Assembly: GCF_000186885.1 (NCBI RefSeq)
Contig: NC_014972.1
Span: forward strand, 2,460,001-2,492,000
Source: Desulfobulbus propionicus DSM 2032
GTDB lineage: Bacteria; Desulfobacterota; Desulfobulbia; Desulfobulbales; Desulfobulbaceae
Direction of reading: 5' to 3'
Length of the DNA: 32,000 nucleotides
In this document: piece after piece, positions 25,490-32,000 of the stretch
How positions within the stretch are numbered: the stretch's first letter is position 1
Layout of the letters: each line of letters opens with the position of its first letter
Translations under genes and position numbers: made by a program
The notes under the pieces: model-generated
The model's database searches: none
What the model was told of the DNA's origin: nothing
The model's input: the letters and a program-made list of their open reading frames with translations, nothing else

Positions 25490-25687
25490 GAGCAGGCGAA
25501 CAGAAAGCCGACTCGTTCGGCCTCGGACTTGAAATCGCGGCGGCCGTAGGCCAGATCCACCGCCCGATCAGAAAATATGCGGGAATCGCTGAGGGCAAAA
25601 CCGTGTCCCCACACATGGTGATTTGTCCCCAAATCATGGGGACAAAATAAGGCAAAGAAAAAGGCGGTTCAAGCAAACTGGAACGGA
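25490..25687 (-). pseudogene. Possible 3' remnant of the IS-disrupted tyrosine integrase
   Basis: Directly left of the IS, the minus strand continues the integrase frame (..GSF|(S)VPVCLNRLFLCLILSP*). A second frame gives WGHGFALSD...AVDLAYGRRDFKSEAERV, reminiscent of the HGFR...AY.R C-terminal boxes of P4-type integrases. It is heavily deleted and frameshifted. Confidence 0.3.
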
Positions 25688-25728
25688 ATTTGTCTTGGTT
25701 CAACAGGAATAGGACAATCCTGCCGTTT
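25688..25728. repeat. IS3-family left terminal inverted repeat
   Basis: ATTTGTCTTGGTTCAACAGGAATAGGACAATCCTGCCGTTT, which pairs with the reverse complement of 27080-27120. Confidence 0.7.
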
Positions 25729-25741
25729 ATGATAAACCATC

Positions 25742-26068
25742 ATGAACGGAGGGAAGTCCATGCGAAAGAAGCGTCACAACTACAGCCCTGAAGAGAAGGT
25801 CTTTATCCTGAAACGGCACTTGGTTGGCCGAGAGGCGGTTTCGGATTTGTGCGACGAATACCAATTGCAGCCGAAGATTTTTTACGATTGGCAGAAGCAG
25901 TTCTTTGAAAAAGGGGCTTCAGCGTTTGCCCGTGAAGGAAAGAGCAAACAGCAGGCGGAGGAGAAGCGCATTCGTGAGCTTGAGGAGAAATTGCGCCGGA
26001 AACATGAAGTGCTTTCGGAACTGCTGGAGGAGCATATCCAGTTAAAAAAAGAACTTGGGGAGCTCTGA
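25742..26068 (+). CDS. IS3-family transposase OrfA (HTH)
   Basis: 108 aa, YSPEEKVFILKRHL...ISDLCDEYQLQPKIFYDWQKQF HTH plus a leucine-zipper-like tail. GGAGGGAAG RBS. Confidence 0.85.
   Translation: MNGGKSMRKKRHNYSPEEKVFILKRHLVGREAVSDLCDEYQLQPKIFYDWQKQFFEKGASAFAREGKSKQQAEEKRIRELEEKLRRKHEVLSELLEEHIQLKKELGEL
26044..26050 (+). promoter_or_regulatory. Programmed -1 ribosomal frameshift heptamer (A AAA AAA) joining OrfA to OrfB
   Basis: TTA AAA AAA GAA in the orfA frame. The -1 frame is open from 26044 onward (KKRTWGALNGGWVPHDTRDAVVDF...) and runs into OrfB. Confidence 0.7.
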
Positions 26069-26103
26069 ATGGCGGTTGGGTTCCCCATGACACCCGCGAT
26101 GCC

Positions 26104-27108
26104 GTGGTTGATTTCAGTCGCCGGTGGAGTGCAAAAGCAGAAATACCCACCAACAGGCTCATCGTCTGGCTTGGCGTGGCGCGGAGTAAATTTTACGCCT
26201 GGATTGGCCGTTGCGGCAAGGCAAACGAACATAACGGTCTAATCCCTCGTGACTTCTGGCTGGAGTCCTGGGAGCAGGAGGCCATCATCCGGTTTGCGCT
26301 CGATCATCCCCTGGAAGGGTATCGGCGGTTGACGTTCATGATGCTTGATCGGGACATTGTTGCCGTCAGTCCGAGTAGTACCTGGCGAGTCTTGGCCAAG
26401 GCCGGTTTGCTCAAGAAGTGGAACCGAAAAAACAGCGCCAAGGGAAATGGCTTCGTGCAACCGCTTCGTCCTCATGAACATTGGCATATCGATGTGTCAC
26501 ATCTCAATATCTGCGGCACCTTTTATTATCTATGCAGCCTGCTCGACGGCTGCAGCCGTTTCATCGTTCATTGGGAGATCCGGGAGCAGATGACGGAGCA
26601 GGATGTGGAGATCATTGTCCAACGGGCCAAGGAGAAATACCCCGAAGCCCGGCCTCGGATCATCTCCGATAACGGCCCGCAATTCATTGCCAAGGATTTC
26701 AAGGAATTCATCCGGCTCTCCGGCATGACGCACGTGCGGACATCACCGTACTATCCGCAGTCCAACGGCAAGTTGGAGCGATTTCATGCCACCATCAAGG
26801 GAGAGTGCATTCGCCCCGGCGTACCGCTTTCCCTTGACGACGCCCCGAGGATGGTGGAGAAGTTCATTGCCCACTACAACAACGTCCGGCTGCATAGCGC
26901 CATTGGCTACGTGGCTCCAGTGGACAAGCTCAGTGGCAGGGAGCAGGAAATTTTCAAAGAGCGGGACCGGAAACTGGAAGCGGCCAGAGAACTGAGGAAG
27001 ACAAAACGGCTTCGGGCGCCGTCGGCAAACCCGATGCTCTCTCAAAAAGACAATACGGCTCCTTCGGAGTCCTTACTGCAAACGGCAAGATTGTCCATTT
27101 CCAACTGA
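26104..27108 (+). CDS. IS3-family transposase OrfB (DDE/rve integrase core), normally expressed as an OrfAB fusion
   Basis: HWHIDVSHL...LLDGCSRFIVHWE...SDNGPQFIAKDF...YYPQSNGKLERFH, the DD(35)E rve-domain pattern. Confidence 0.88.
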   Translation: MVDFSRRWSAKAEIPTNRLIVWLGVARSKFYAWIGRCGKANEHNGLIPRDFWLESWEQEAIIRFALDHPLEGYRRLTFMMLDRDIVAVSPSSTWRVLAKAGLLKKWNRKNSAKGNGFVQPLRPHEHWHIDVSHLNICGTFYYLCSLLDGCSRFIVHWEIREQMTEQDVEIIVQRAKEKYPEARPRIISDNGPQFIAKDFKEFIRLSGMTHVRTSPYYPQSNGKLERFHATIKGECIRPGVPLSLDDAPRMVEKFIAHYNNVRLHSAIGYVAPVDKLSGREQEIFKERDRKLEAARELRKTKRLRAPSANPMLSQKDNTAPSESLLQTARLSISN

Positions 27109-27120
27109 GGCGGAACAAAT
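27080..27120. repeat. IS3-family right terminal inverted repeat
   Basis: The reverse complement reads ATTTGTTCCGCCTCAGTTGGAAATGGACAATCTTGCCGTTT. Confidence 0.7.
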
Positions 27121-27790
27121 GAAGCTTCCGTGATAACTGTCAATAGCTCGCAGCAATCGCGCCGTTTCCTCCTGGGTTGTTGGCGCTGCCATGTGCTTGA
27201 CGATTCTCGGCGCAAGATGATGTGGAGCCCCTCGGCCGGAGAGACAACAATCTTGCCAGATGGGATGGCATGACTGAAAACTTGCTTACATGACGAATAG
27301 GCTTTTCTTGCTGTAGCGCTGGATCTTGAATCGATACGCTTCAATACGATTAACAGCTCTGCGGATGTAATTTCGTCAATTTGCCTGTCACCAATGAACG
27401 GAAAAATGTCCTTCTCCAAAATGGTCAAAGTTTTCTCTCTGTGAGATGGTGACCACCCAGGGGATTTTAAAGCTATCCATTCAAGGGCAATATTTTTGAA
27501 GCTATGTTCCCCTGCGAGATTGGACTTGATGACCTTTTTCACCTCGCTGGGATCAATTCCCTGGGCAAGATGTTTTCTTGCCTCCTGATGCCTGGCCCTG
27601 GCATCTTTGAGCGAAATTTCAGGAAATACACCAAGGGCAAAGAGTTTCTCCTTTCCCCCAAATCGATATTTGAACCGCCAACGCTTCGCCCCTTTGGGGG
27701 TAACCTCCAAAAAAAGCCCCCCACCATCGAAGAGCTTTTGCGTTTTTCGGTCGGCTTAGCCTTTGAAATTGTGATATTTGTAAGCTTCAT
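27121..27790 (-). pseudogene. P4-type (DUF4102-N-terminal) tyrosine integrase, 5' portion; two frameshifts and truncated by the IS
   Basis: Frame A is MKLTNITISKAKPTEKRK (ATG 27788-27790). Frame B, from about 27745, is QKLFDGGGLFLEVTPKGAKRWRFKYRFGGKEKLFALGVFPEISLKDARARHQEARKHLAQGIDPSE. Frame C, from about 27220, is LAPRIVKHMAAPTTQEETARLLRAIDSYHGSF, ending at the IS junction. Confidence 0.8.
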
Positions 27791-27874
27791 GGGGGTAACC
27801 ATATCACCAATATATTAAGTTACCCCCACATATTCCTTGCTGTCAATGGATTTGCATAGACACTACTAGACAAC

Positions 27875-27905
27875 AAAAAACCCGCTTTCCTTGTGAGAAA
27901 GCGGG
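27875..27905 (-). terminator. Rho-independent terminator downstream of tRNA-His
   Basis: Minus strand: CCCGCTTTC-TCACAAG-GAAAGCGGG followed by TTTTTT. Confidence 0.6.
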
Positions 27906-27941
27906 TTTATTGATTTCTTTGGACTGCTTTAGACAAATGAA

Positions 27942-28019
27942 TGGGGTGAACGATGGGACTTGAACCCACGACCTCCGAGGCCACAACCCGGTGCTGCCAC
28001 CAGCTGAGCTACGTTCACC
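27942..28019 (-). tRNA. tRNA-His (anticodon GTG) with encoded G-1 and 3' CCA
   Basis: Hand-folded: G-1 + GTGAACG acceptor, anticodon stem CCGGG/CTCGG with loop TTGTGGC (GTG), T-arm GTGGG-TTCAAGT-CCCAT, acceptor 3' CGTTCAC, discriminator C, CCA. Closely parallels the E. coli tRNA-His layout. Confidence 0.9.
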
Positions 28020-28071
28020 ACGCAAACGTGCGCTTATATACACGCACGGTGTCGTTTTGGCAAGGAGAAAG

Positions 28072-28728
28072 TCAGGCCGCCAGCTCACGCTGGCAGTGTT
28101 TGCAGACCATGGCCCGGGCTTTGATCAGTTCCGAGCAGTAAGGGCATTCCTTGACGAAGTTGCCGGCGAGCACCTGCGCGATGGCCAGGTTGACCTCCTG
28201 TTGCAGATGCGGATCCTTGAACACATGGTTGCGCAACGGTTCGATACAGGCCAGATCGTTCAACTTGGTCACCATCCCGACCGCCCGCTTGCGGTCATCG
28301 ATGCGCGCGGAGTCATCGAGGAGGATGGTCAACGCCGGCGCCAGATCGTTCTGCTCAACACAGGTGTCCAGGCAGGCCAACGCCTCCTGCTGCCGCTGAT
28401 AGCGTTCGCTCTGCCGCTTGAGGGCCTCGATGTCGACAATGGAGCCGGTAAAGGCTTCCTTGCCGACCACCATCATACTGTAGCTCTCCTTGGAATTGGG
28501 GATTTCCATGTAGCGATACGACCCTACATGGCCATATTGGTTGGCGATGTAATCCCACCCTTTGACAAAAAGCGGGCATCGGTCGTTGAGGCAGATGAAC
28601 AGGTATTCCGACCCCCAACCCAAACCATCACCAACATGCACGGCCGGCGCGTGGCATAGAACGAGATCGCCGCTGCAATGCGGACAGTAGTGTTTCTCTT
28701 CAAGATATTTCAGAACGGTCGATAACAT
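28072..28728 (-). CDS. Hypothetical protein with N- and C-terminal zinc-ribbon-like Cys pairs
   Basis: 218 aa. CPHC...C at the N-terminus, and CPYC-x12-CKHC at the C-terminus. No family recognised. Confidence 0.65.
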   Translation of the reverse strand: MLSTVLKYLEEKHYCPHCSGDLVLCHAPAVHVGDGLGWGSEYLFICLNDRCPLFVKGWDYIANQYGHVGSYRYMEIPNSKESYSMMVVGKEAFTGSIVDIEALKRQSERYQRQQEALACLDTCVEQNDLAPALTILLDDSARIDDRKRAVGMVTKLNDLACIEPLRNHVFKDPHLQQEVNLAIAQVLAGNFVKECPYCSELIKARAMVCKHCQRELAA

Positions 28729-28969
28729 AATGGGTCATGCACTCCTTAGGGTTGAGGGGTGATCGTTGTCTGCGGCAAGGGACAGGGCGGACCGCCGACC
28801 GGCGGGGCCTTCAGACCAGCTCACCCGCTACCCGGCCGTAACTCCGGCCGGAAAAGCAGAACAGCGCACCACAGGGCAAAAAGGGCCAGCAGGAACAGAT
28901 GTTGATGACGATTGTTTTTCATAATGCGGCAAAAATAACCATTGGCGTCCCCGCGGTCAACCAGGTGCC

Positions 28970-30655
28970 TCATAGCATCCGTCCCAGGACCTCGTCAACC
29001 GCCTTGGCCTGACGCATTCGCGCCTGGAGAAAGGTCTCGGTAAGGTGTTGGGCGTTTTCGTCGATCAGGCTGCACAGGCCGTTGATGGTGGCCGCATCCG
29101 CCATGCGGATCACCCGTTCCAGGTTTTTGGCGAAATCGCTGACGATTTTGCGGCTGTCCCCCGAGGTGGACATGATCTCCGCATAGGTCCGCGGATTTTG
29201 CGAATGGACCCTTGACATGGCCAGAATGGGATAGAGCGAGGTCAGGGTGCAGTGGCTGGCGATATCCTCGCTGGTGATGTGGTTCTCGTTCAGGGTCATA
29301 GCCAGGGCAACCGAAATCATGGTGGGCAGTTTTTGCCCAACCCCCATGAGCAAGTCATGCTTGGAGGGCGAATCGTGAAAGATGTCGGCACCGTGCTTGT
29401 AGAGGAAGGCCTCGAATTCGCTGCAGAACATGCCGCTGCGCGAGGTGCGGACCACGATGGCGTTCTTGTCCTTCATGGTGGCGGCCTGCGGCCCCCAGAG
29501 GTTGTGCACCAGCATGACCTCGACCTCTTCCTGGGTGGCTTCCAGGGCGCTCTTGATCGTTTCCTCGGACTCGCCGGCGAGCAGGATCAGGGCCTTGCCC
29601 GGCGCGAGCAGCGGGCCATACTGCCGGACCGTGGCCGAGGTGACCGAAATGGGCACGCAGACCACCACCACATCCACCCGCTCGATCATCTGTTCCGGGC
29701 GAAGGGTGGTGGTCCGCCCGGTCAGCATCACCTCATAGCCCTCGCTCGCCAGCCGGTCGGCAAACCATCGGCTCATGGCACCGGTGCCGATGAAGCCAAA
29801 CGACTTGATGTACTTGGTGCGCATGTCGACCCGGGGAAAGCTGCCCAGGAGACGAATCATGCCTTGCTGTTGGATAACCCGCGATTCGATATGGGCGATG
29901 GCGCTGGCCATGCGCTCACTGCCCACATGGCCCTCCGCTTCCAGATAGATACGCAGTTTCTGCGATTTGATATCGTTTTCCGTGCGCATGTCGACGATGT
30001 TGATGCCGCGCCGGGAGAACTCGTTGAGGATGTCGACCAGAATGCCCACCCGGTCATCCAGGGGTTCGGTGATCAGGGTGGTGGCGTCATAGCCCGTGGC
30101 CGGTGCCAGTTCATGGCCGAGCACCGCATAGCGGGTCCGGTTGTGCGGGGCCACCTCGCGTTCGATGATCCGCAGGCCGTGGGCGGTCAAGGTTTCGGCG
30201 CTGTCGACCACCGCCCTGCCCTTGACCTGGCCGCTTTCGCGGATCTCGGCAATGGCTTGGCTGACATCCTGCACGCTCACCTCGGTGATACCGGGGAGTT
30301 GGTTGTCGATGAACTCTTCGCACTGGTTGAACACCTCGCGCTTGCCCACCAGTATCCGCAGCCCAGCCACGGTTTCGTTCTCGTCGAACACGCCCAGGGA
30401 CAGATTGGAACTGAGAATGATGTTGCCGACCCAGTAGCCGCTCTTGATCTGATCGAAAAAACGGAAATACTGTTTCTTTTCCCCTTCCCGGGTATTATAC
30501 ACCGGCAGGACGGCATACTCGGTCTCGCGGGCGGCAAAGGCATCGAGCAGGGCCTTGACATGGGGATACGGCCGGATCTCCGCCTCGCCGTCGTACTGTA
30601 CGGCGGCCTGCCATGACGGCGAGTGTTCCGGGCCAAGGGTTGCGATCGTTTTCAT
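28970..30655 (-). CDS. Fusion protein: prephenate dehydratase + ACT regulatory domain + prephenate/arogenate dehydrogenase
   Basis: N-terminal PDT (IATLGPE...NRTRYAVLG), ACT (TTLITEPLDDRVGILVDILNEFSRRGINI), then a Rossmann FGFIGTGAMSRW and HNLWGP (HPMFGP-like) TyrA core. 561 aa. Confidence 0.85.
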   Translation of the reverse strand: MKTIATLGPEHSPSWQAAVQYDGEAEIRPYPHVKALLDAFAARETEYAVLPVYNTREGEKKQYFRFFDQIKSGYWVGNIILSSNLSLGVFDENETVAGLRILVGKREVFNQCEEFIDNQLPGITEVSVQDVSQAIAEIRESGQVKGRAVVDSAETLTAHGLRIIEREVAPHNRTRYAVLGHELAPATGYDATTLITEPLDDRVGILVDILNEFSRRGINIVDMRTENDIKSQKLRIYLEAEGHVGSERMASAIAHIESRVIQQQGMIRLLGSFPRVDMRTKYIKSFGFIGTGAMSRWFADRLASEGYEVMLTGRTTTLRPEQMIERVDVVVVCVPISVTSATVRQYGPLLAPGKALILLAGESEETIKSALEATQEEVEVMLVHNLWGPQAATMKDKNAIVVRTSRSGMFCSEFEAFLYKHGADIFHDSPSKHDLLMGVGQKLPTMISVALAMTLNENHITSEDIASHCTLTSLYPILAMSRVHSQNPRTYAEIMSTSGDSRKIVSDFAKNLERVIRMADAATINGLCSLIDENAQHLTETFLQARMRQAKAVDEVLGRML

Positions 30656-30924
30656 GTTGGGGTGTTCCTGGGTACATATTGACCAGTCCTGCGGGGGCCT
30701 CTCGCGCGGCGATCAGCGGCGGATGGCGGAGGACCGGTTGGGGTAAAAAACGAGGCGGCGTTCGGGCCGCATGCGGGGCACGCGATGGGACATCCGACAA
30801 AGGGTGGGCGTGCGGTGGCCGGGCGGCGCCGAACAATCACTCCAACAGGGTGCAATACAAGGTTAGTGCCGCGGAGTAAAGCTATTTTTGGCAATAGCGG
30901 ACGATGAAGGTGAAGGCCGTGACA

Positions 30925-32000
30925 ATGCAACCCATTCGGGGAACGGTGGCAGAGTATCTCGCCGCCCTCAAGAGTTCGAGCACATTCGGACCGCAGGTAG
31001 TGGCGCATCGGGTGACTGCTCCTCGCGAGGCCGTCACCCTCCCCCCTGACATGCTGATGCCGGCACTGCGGCAGCTGCTTGAGCTCCGGCGAATGGCTGG
31101 ACTCTATGCCCACCAGCACCAGGCCATTGGCCACATCCTCGCCGGCGGCAACACGGTGGTGGCCACCCCCACCGCCTCGGGCAAGAGCCTGATCTATACC
31201 CTGCCGGTTTTCCAGACGCTGTTGCATTATCCGGCGGCCAAGGCCCTCTACCTCTTTCCCCTTAAGGCCCTGGCCCAGGATCAACTCAAAACCGTGGAGC
31301 AGCTCTGGCACCTGCTGCCGGCAACCCTGCGGGGCGAATTACCGGTTGGGGCCATCTACGACGGCGACACCAGTGGCTACCGACGCAAGAAGATTCGCGA
31401 TGTTCCACCACCGATCATGATCACCAATCCGGACATGCTGCATCTGTCGCTGTTGCCCTACCATGACCGCTGGGCCCATTTTTGGGCCAACCTGCGGTAT
31501 GTGGTGATCGACGAGATCCACACCTATCGTGGGGTCTTCGGTTCGCACGTGGCCTGGGTGATACGGCGGCTCAAACGAATCTGCGCCCTCTATGGCTCCA
31601 GTCCCCTTTTCATCCTTGCCTCGGCGACCATCGGCAACCCCGGTGAACACGGGCGGTTGCTGATCGACGCGCCGGTGACCGAAATCACCCAATCCGGAGC
31701 CGGCAGCGCGGCGCGCCACACCCTGCTGCTCAATCCGCTCGAAAGCGCCGCCACCAGCGCCACTCGGTTGCTGGAGGCGGCGATCAGCCGTGAACTGCGC
31801 ACCATCGTTTACTGTCAGTCGCGCAAGATGACCGAGCTGATCACCGTTTGGACCGAGAAGCGGCTCAAGGAGCGCAAGGGATTGATCGCCTCCTACCGCT
31901 CAGGTTTCCTCCCAGAGGAACGGCGGGGTATCGAGGACCGGCTGGCCTCCGGCAGTTTGCTGGGGGTAATCTCCACCTCGGCCCTGGAACTGGGAATCGA
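30925..32000 (+). CDS. DEAD/DEAH-box (DExH) helicase, YprA/MrfA-Lhr-like, N-terminal part only (runs off window)
   Basis: Not in the ORF track because it is open-ended. The frame contains HQHQAIGHILAGGNTVVATPTASGKSLIY (Walker A), PLKALAQDQ, ITNPDMLH, VVIDEIHTYRGVFGSHV (DEIH). An alternative in-frame ATG lies at 30904. Confidence 0.85.
   Translation, partial: MQPIRGTVAEYLAALKSSSTFGPQVVAHRVTAPREAVTLPPDMLMPALRQLLELRRMAGLYAHQHQAIGHILAGGNTVVATPTASGKSLIYTLPVFQTLLHYPAAKALYLFPLKALAQDQLKTVEQLWHLLPATLRGELPVGAIYDGDTSGYRRKKIRDVPPPIMITNPDMLHLSLLPYHDRWAHFWANLRYVVIDEIHTYRGVFGSHVAWVIRRLKRICALYGSSPLFILASATIGNPGEHGRLLIDAPVTEITQSGAGSAARHTLLLNPLESAATSATRLLEAAISRELRTIVYCQSRKMTELITVWTEKRLKERKGLIASYRSGFLPEERRGIEDRLASGSLLGVISTSALELGI

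Larger units (their letters stand above)
25688..27120 (+). mobile_element. IS3-family insertion sequence (about 1.43 kb) inserted in the integrase gene
   Basis: Two overlapping ORFs (orfA and orfB, orfB in the -1 frame) and an A7 slippery site. Imperfect terminal inverted repeats at 25688-25728 and 27080-27120 match at 30 of 41 positions by my hand count and contain the TG...CA ends. Flanking triplets GGA/GAA are a degenerate 3-bp target duplication. Confidence 0.85.

Noticed and set aside
24823-25632. 269-aa version of the secreted-protein ORF
   Set aside because: The upstream 102 codons have no RBS and run through the integrase remnant. The internal ATG at 25324-25326 has a strong RBS and starts a textbook signal peptide.
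22000-25700. Search for a direct repeat of the tRNA-His 3' end (TGGGGTGAACGATGGGACTTGAACCC) to define the far island boundary
   Set aside because: By eye I found no convincing copy in the window, only 5-6-nt chance matches. The island boundary therefore stays undefined and I do not call an attR.
28822-28923. 33-aa hydrophobic ORF (MKNNRHQHLFLLALFALWCAVLLF...) between the Zn-ribbon gene and the PDT-PDH gene
   Set aside because: No RBS, very short, and embedded in GC-rich hairpins that may simply be terminator structures. There is not enough evidence to call it a gene.
1-32000. CRISPR arrays, tandem repeat arrays, retron/ncRNA-RT loci, toxin-antitoxin pairs, canonical defence operons
   Set aside because: No regularly spaced direct repeats, no reverse transcriptase, and no nuclease/ATPase defence signatures were seen on either strand. 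Apart from the IS inverted repeats and the flagellin paralogy, the window has no repeat structure I could detect.

Overview
High-GC bacterial chromosomal window. The gene content (selenoprotein, Grx-FTR fusion, TPR-rich flagellar accessory genes) suggests a deltaproteobacterial or Desulfobulbales-like anaerobe, but that is inference only. There are three blocks. (1) 1-7483 is a long minus-strand run of redox and central-metabolism genes: a PPOX-family fragment, a glutaredoxin/ferredoxin-thioredoxin-reductase fusion, a cyclase-family hydrolase coupled to zwf, gnd, a peroxiredoxin with an in-frame TGA (probable selenocysteine), dgkA, an Old-Yellow-Enzyme reductase and UDP-glucuronate decarboxylase. 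(2) 7749-22683 is a late-flagellar locus. Two diverged flagellin paralogs of about 500 aa bracket a four-gene glycosyltransferase/methyltransferase/TPR module. These are followed by flaG-fliD-fliS, a FliT/FlgN-like ORF, two tandem YcgR-like PilZ proteins, fliK, a stand-alone FlhB C-terminal-domain protein and a small CxxCH protein. (3) 22757-32000 holds a flavin reductase, an MFS transporter, a secreted Gly/Lys-tailed protein, and a decayed tRNA-His-associated island: a P4-type integrase pseudogene with two frameshifts, split by an apparently intact IS3-family element. Then come a Zn-ribbon protein, a prephenate dehydratase-ACT-prephenate dehydrogenase fusion and the 5' part of a DExH helicase. 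I found no CRISPR array, retron-like ncRNA, toxin-antitoxin pair or recognisable phage-defence operon. The best candidates for something under-described are the flagellin-modification module between the two flagellins, the UxxC selenoprotein peroxiredoxin, and the cyclase-family gene sitting where pgl normally sits. All functional calls come from motif recognition by eye, since no searches could be run.
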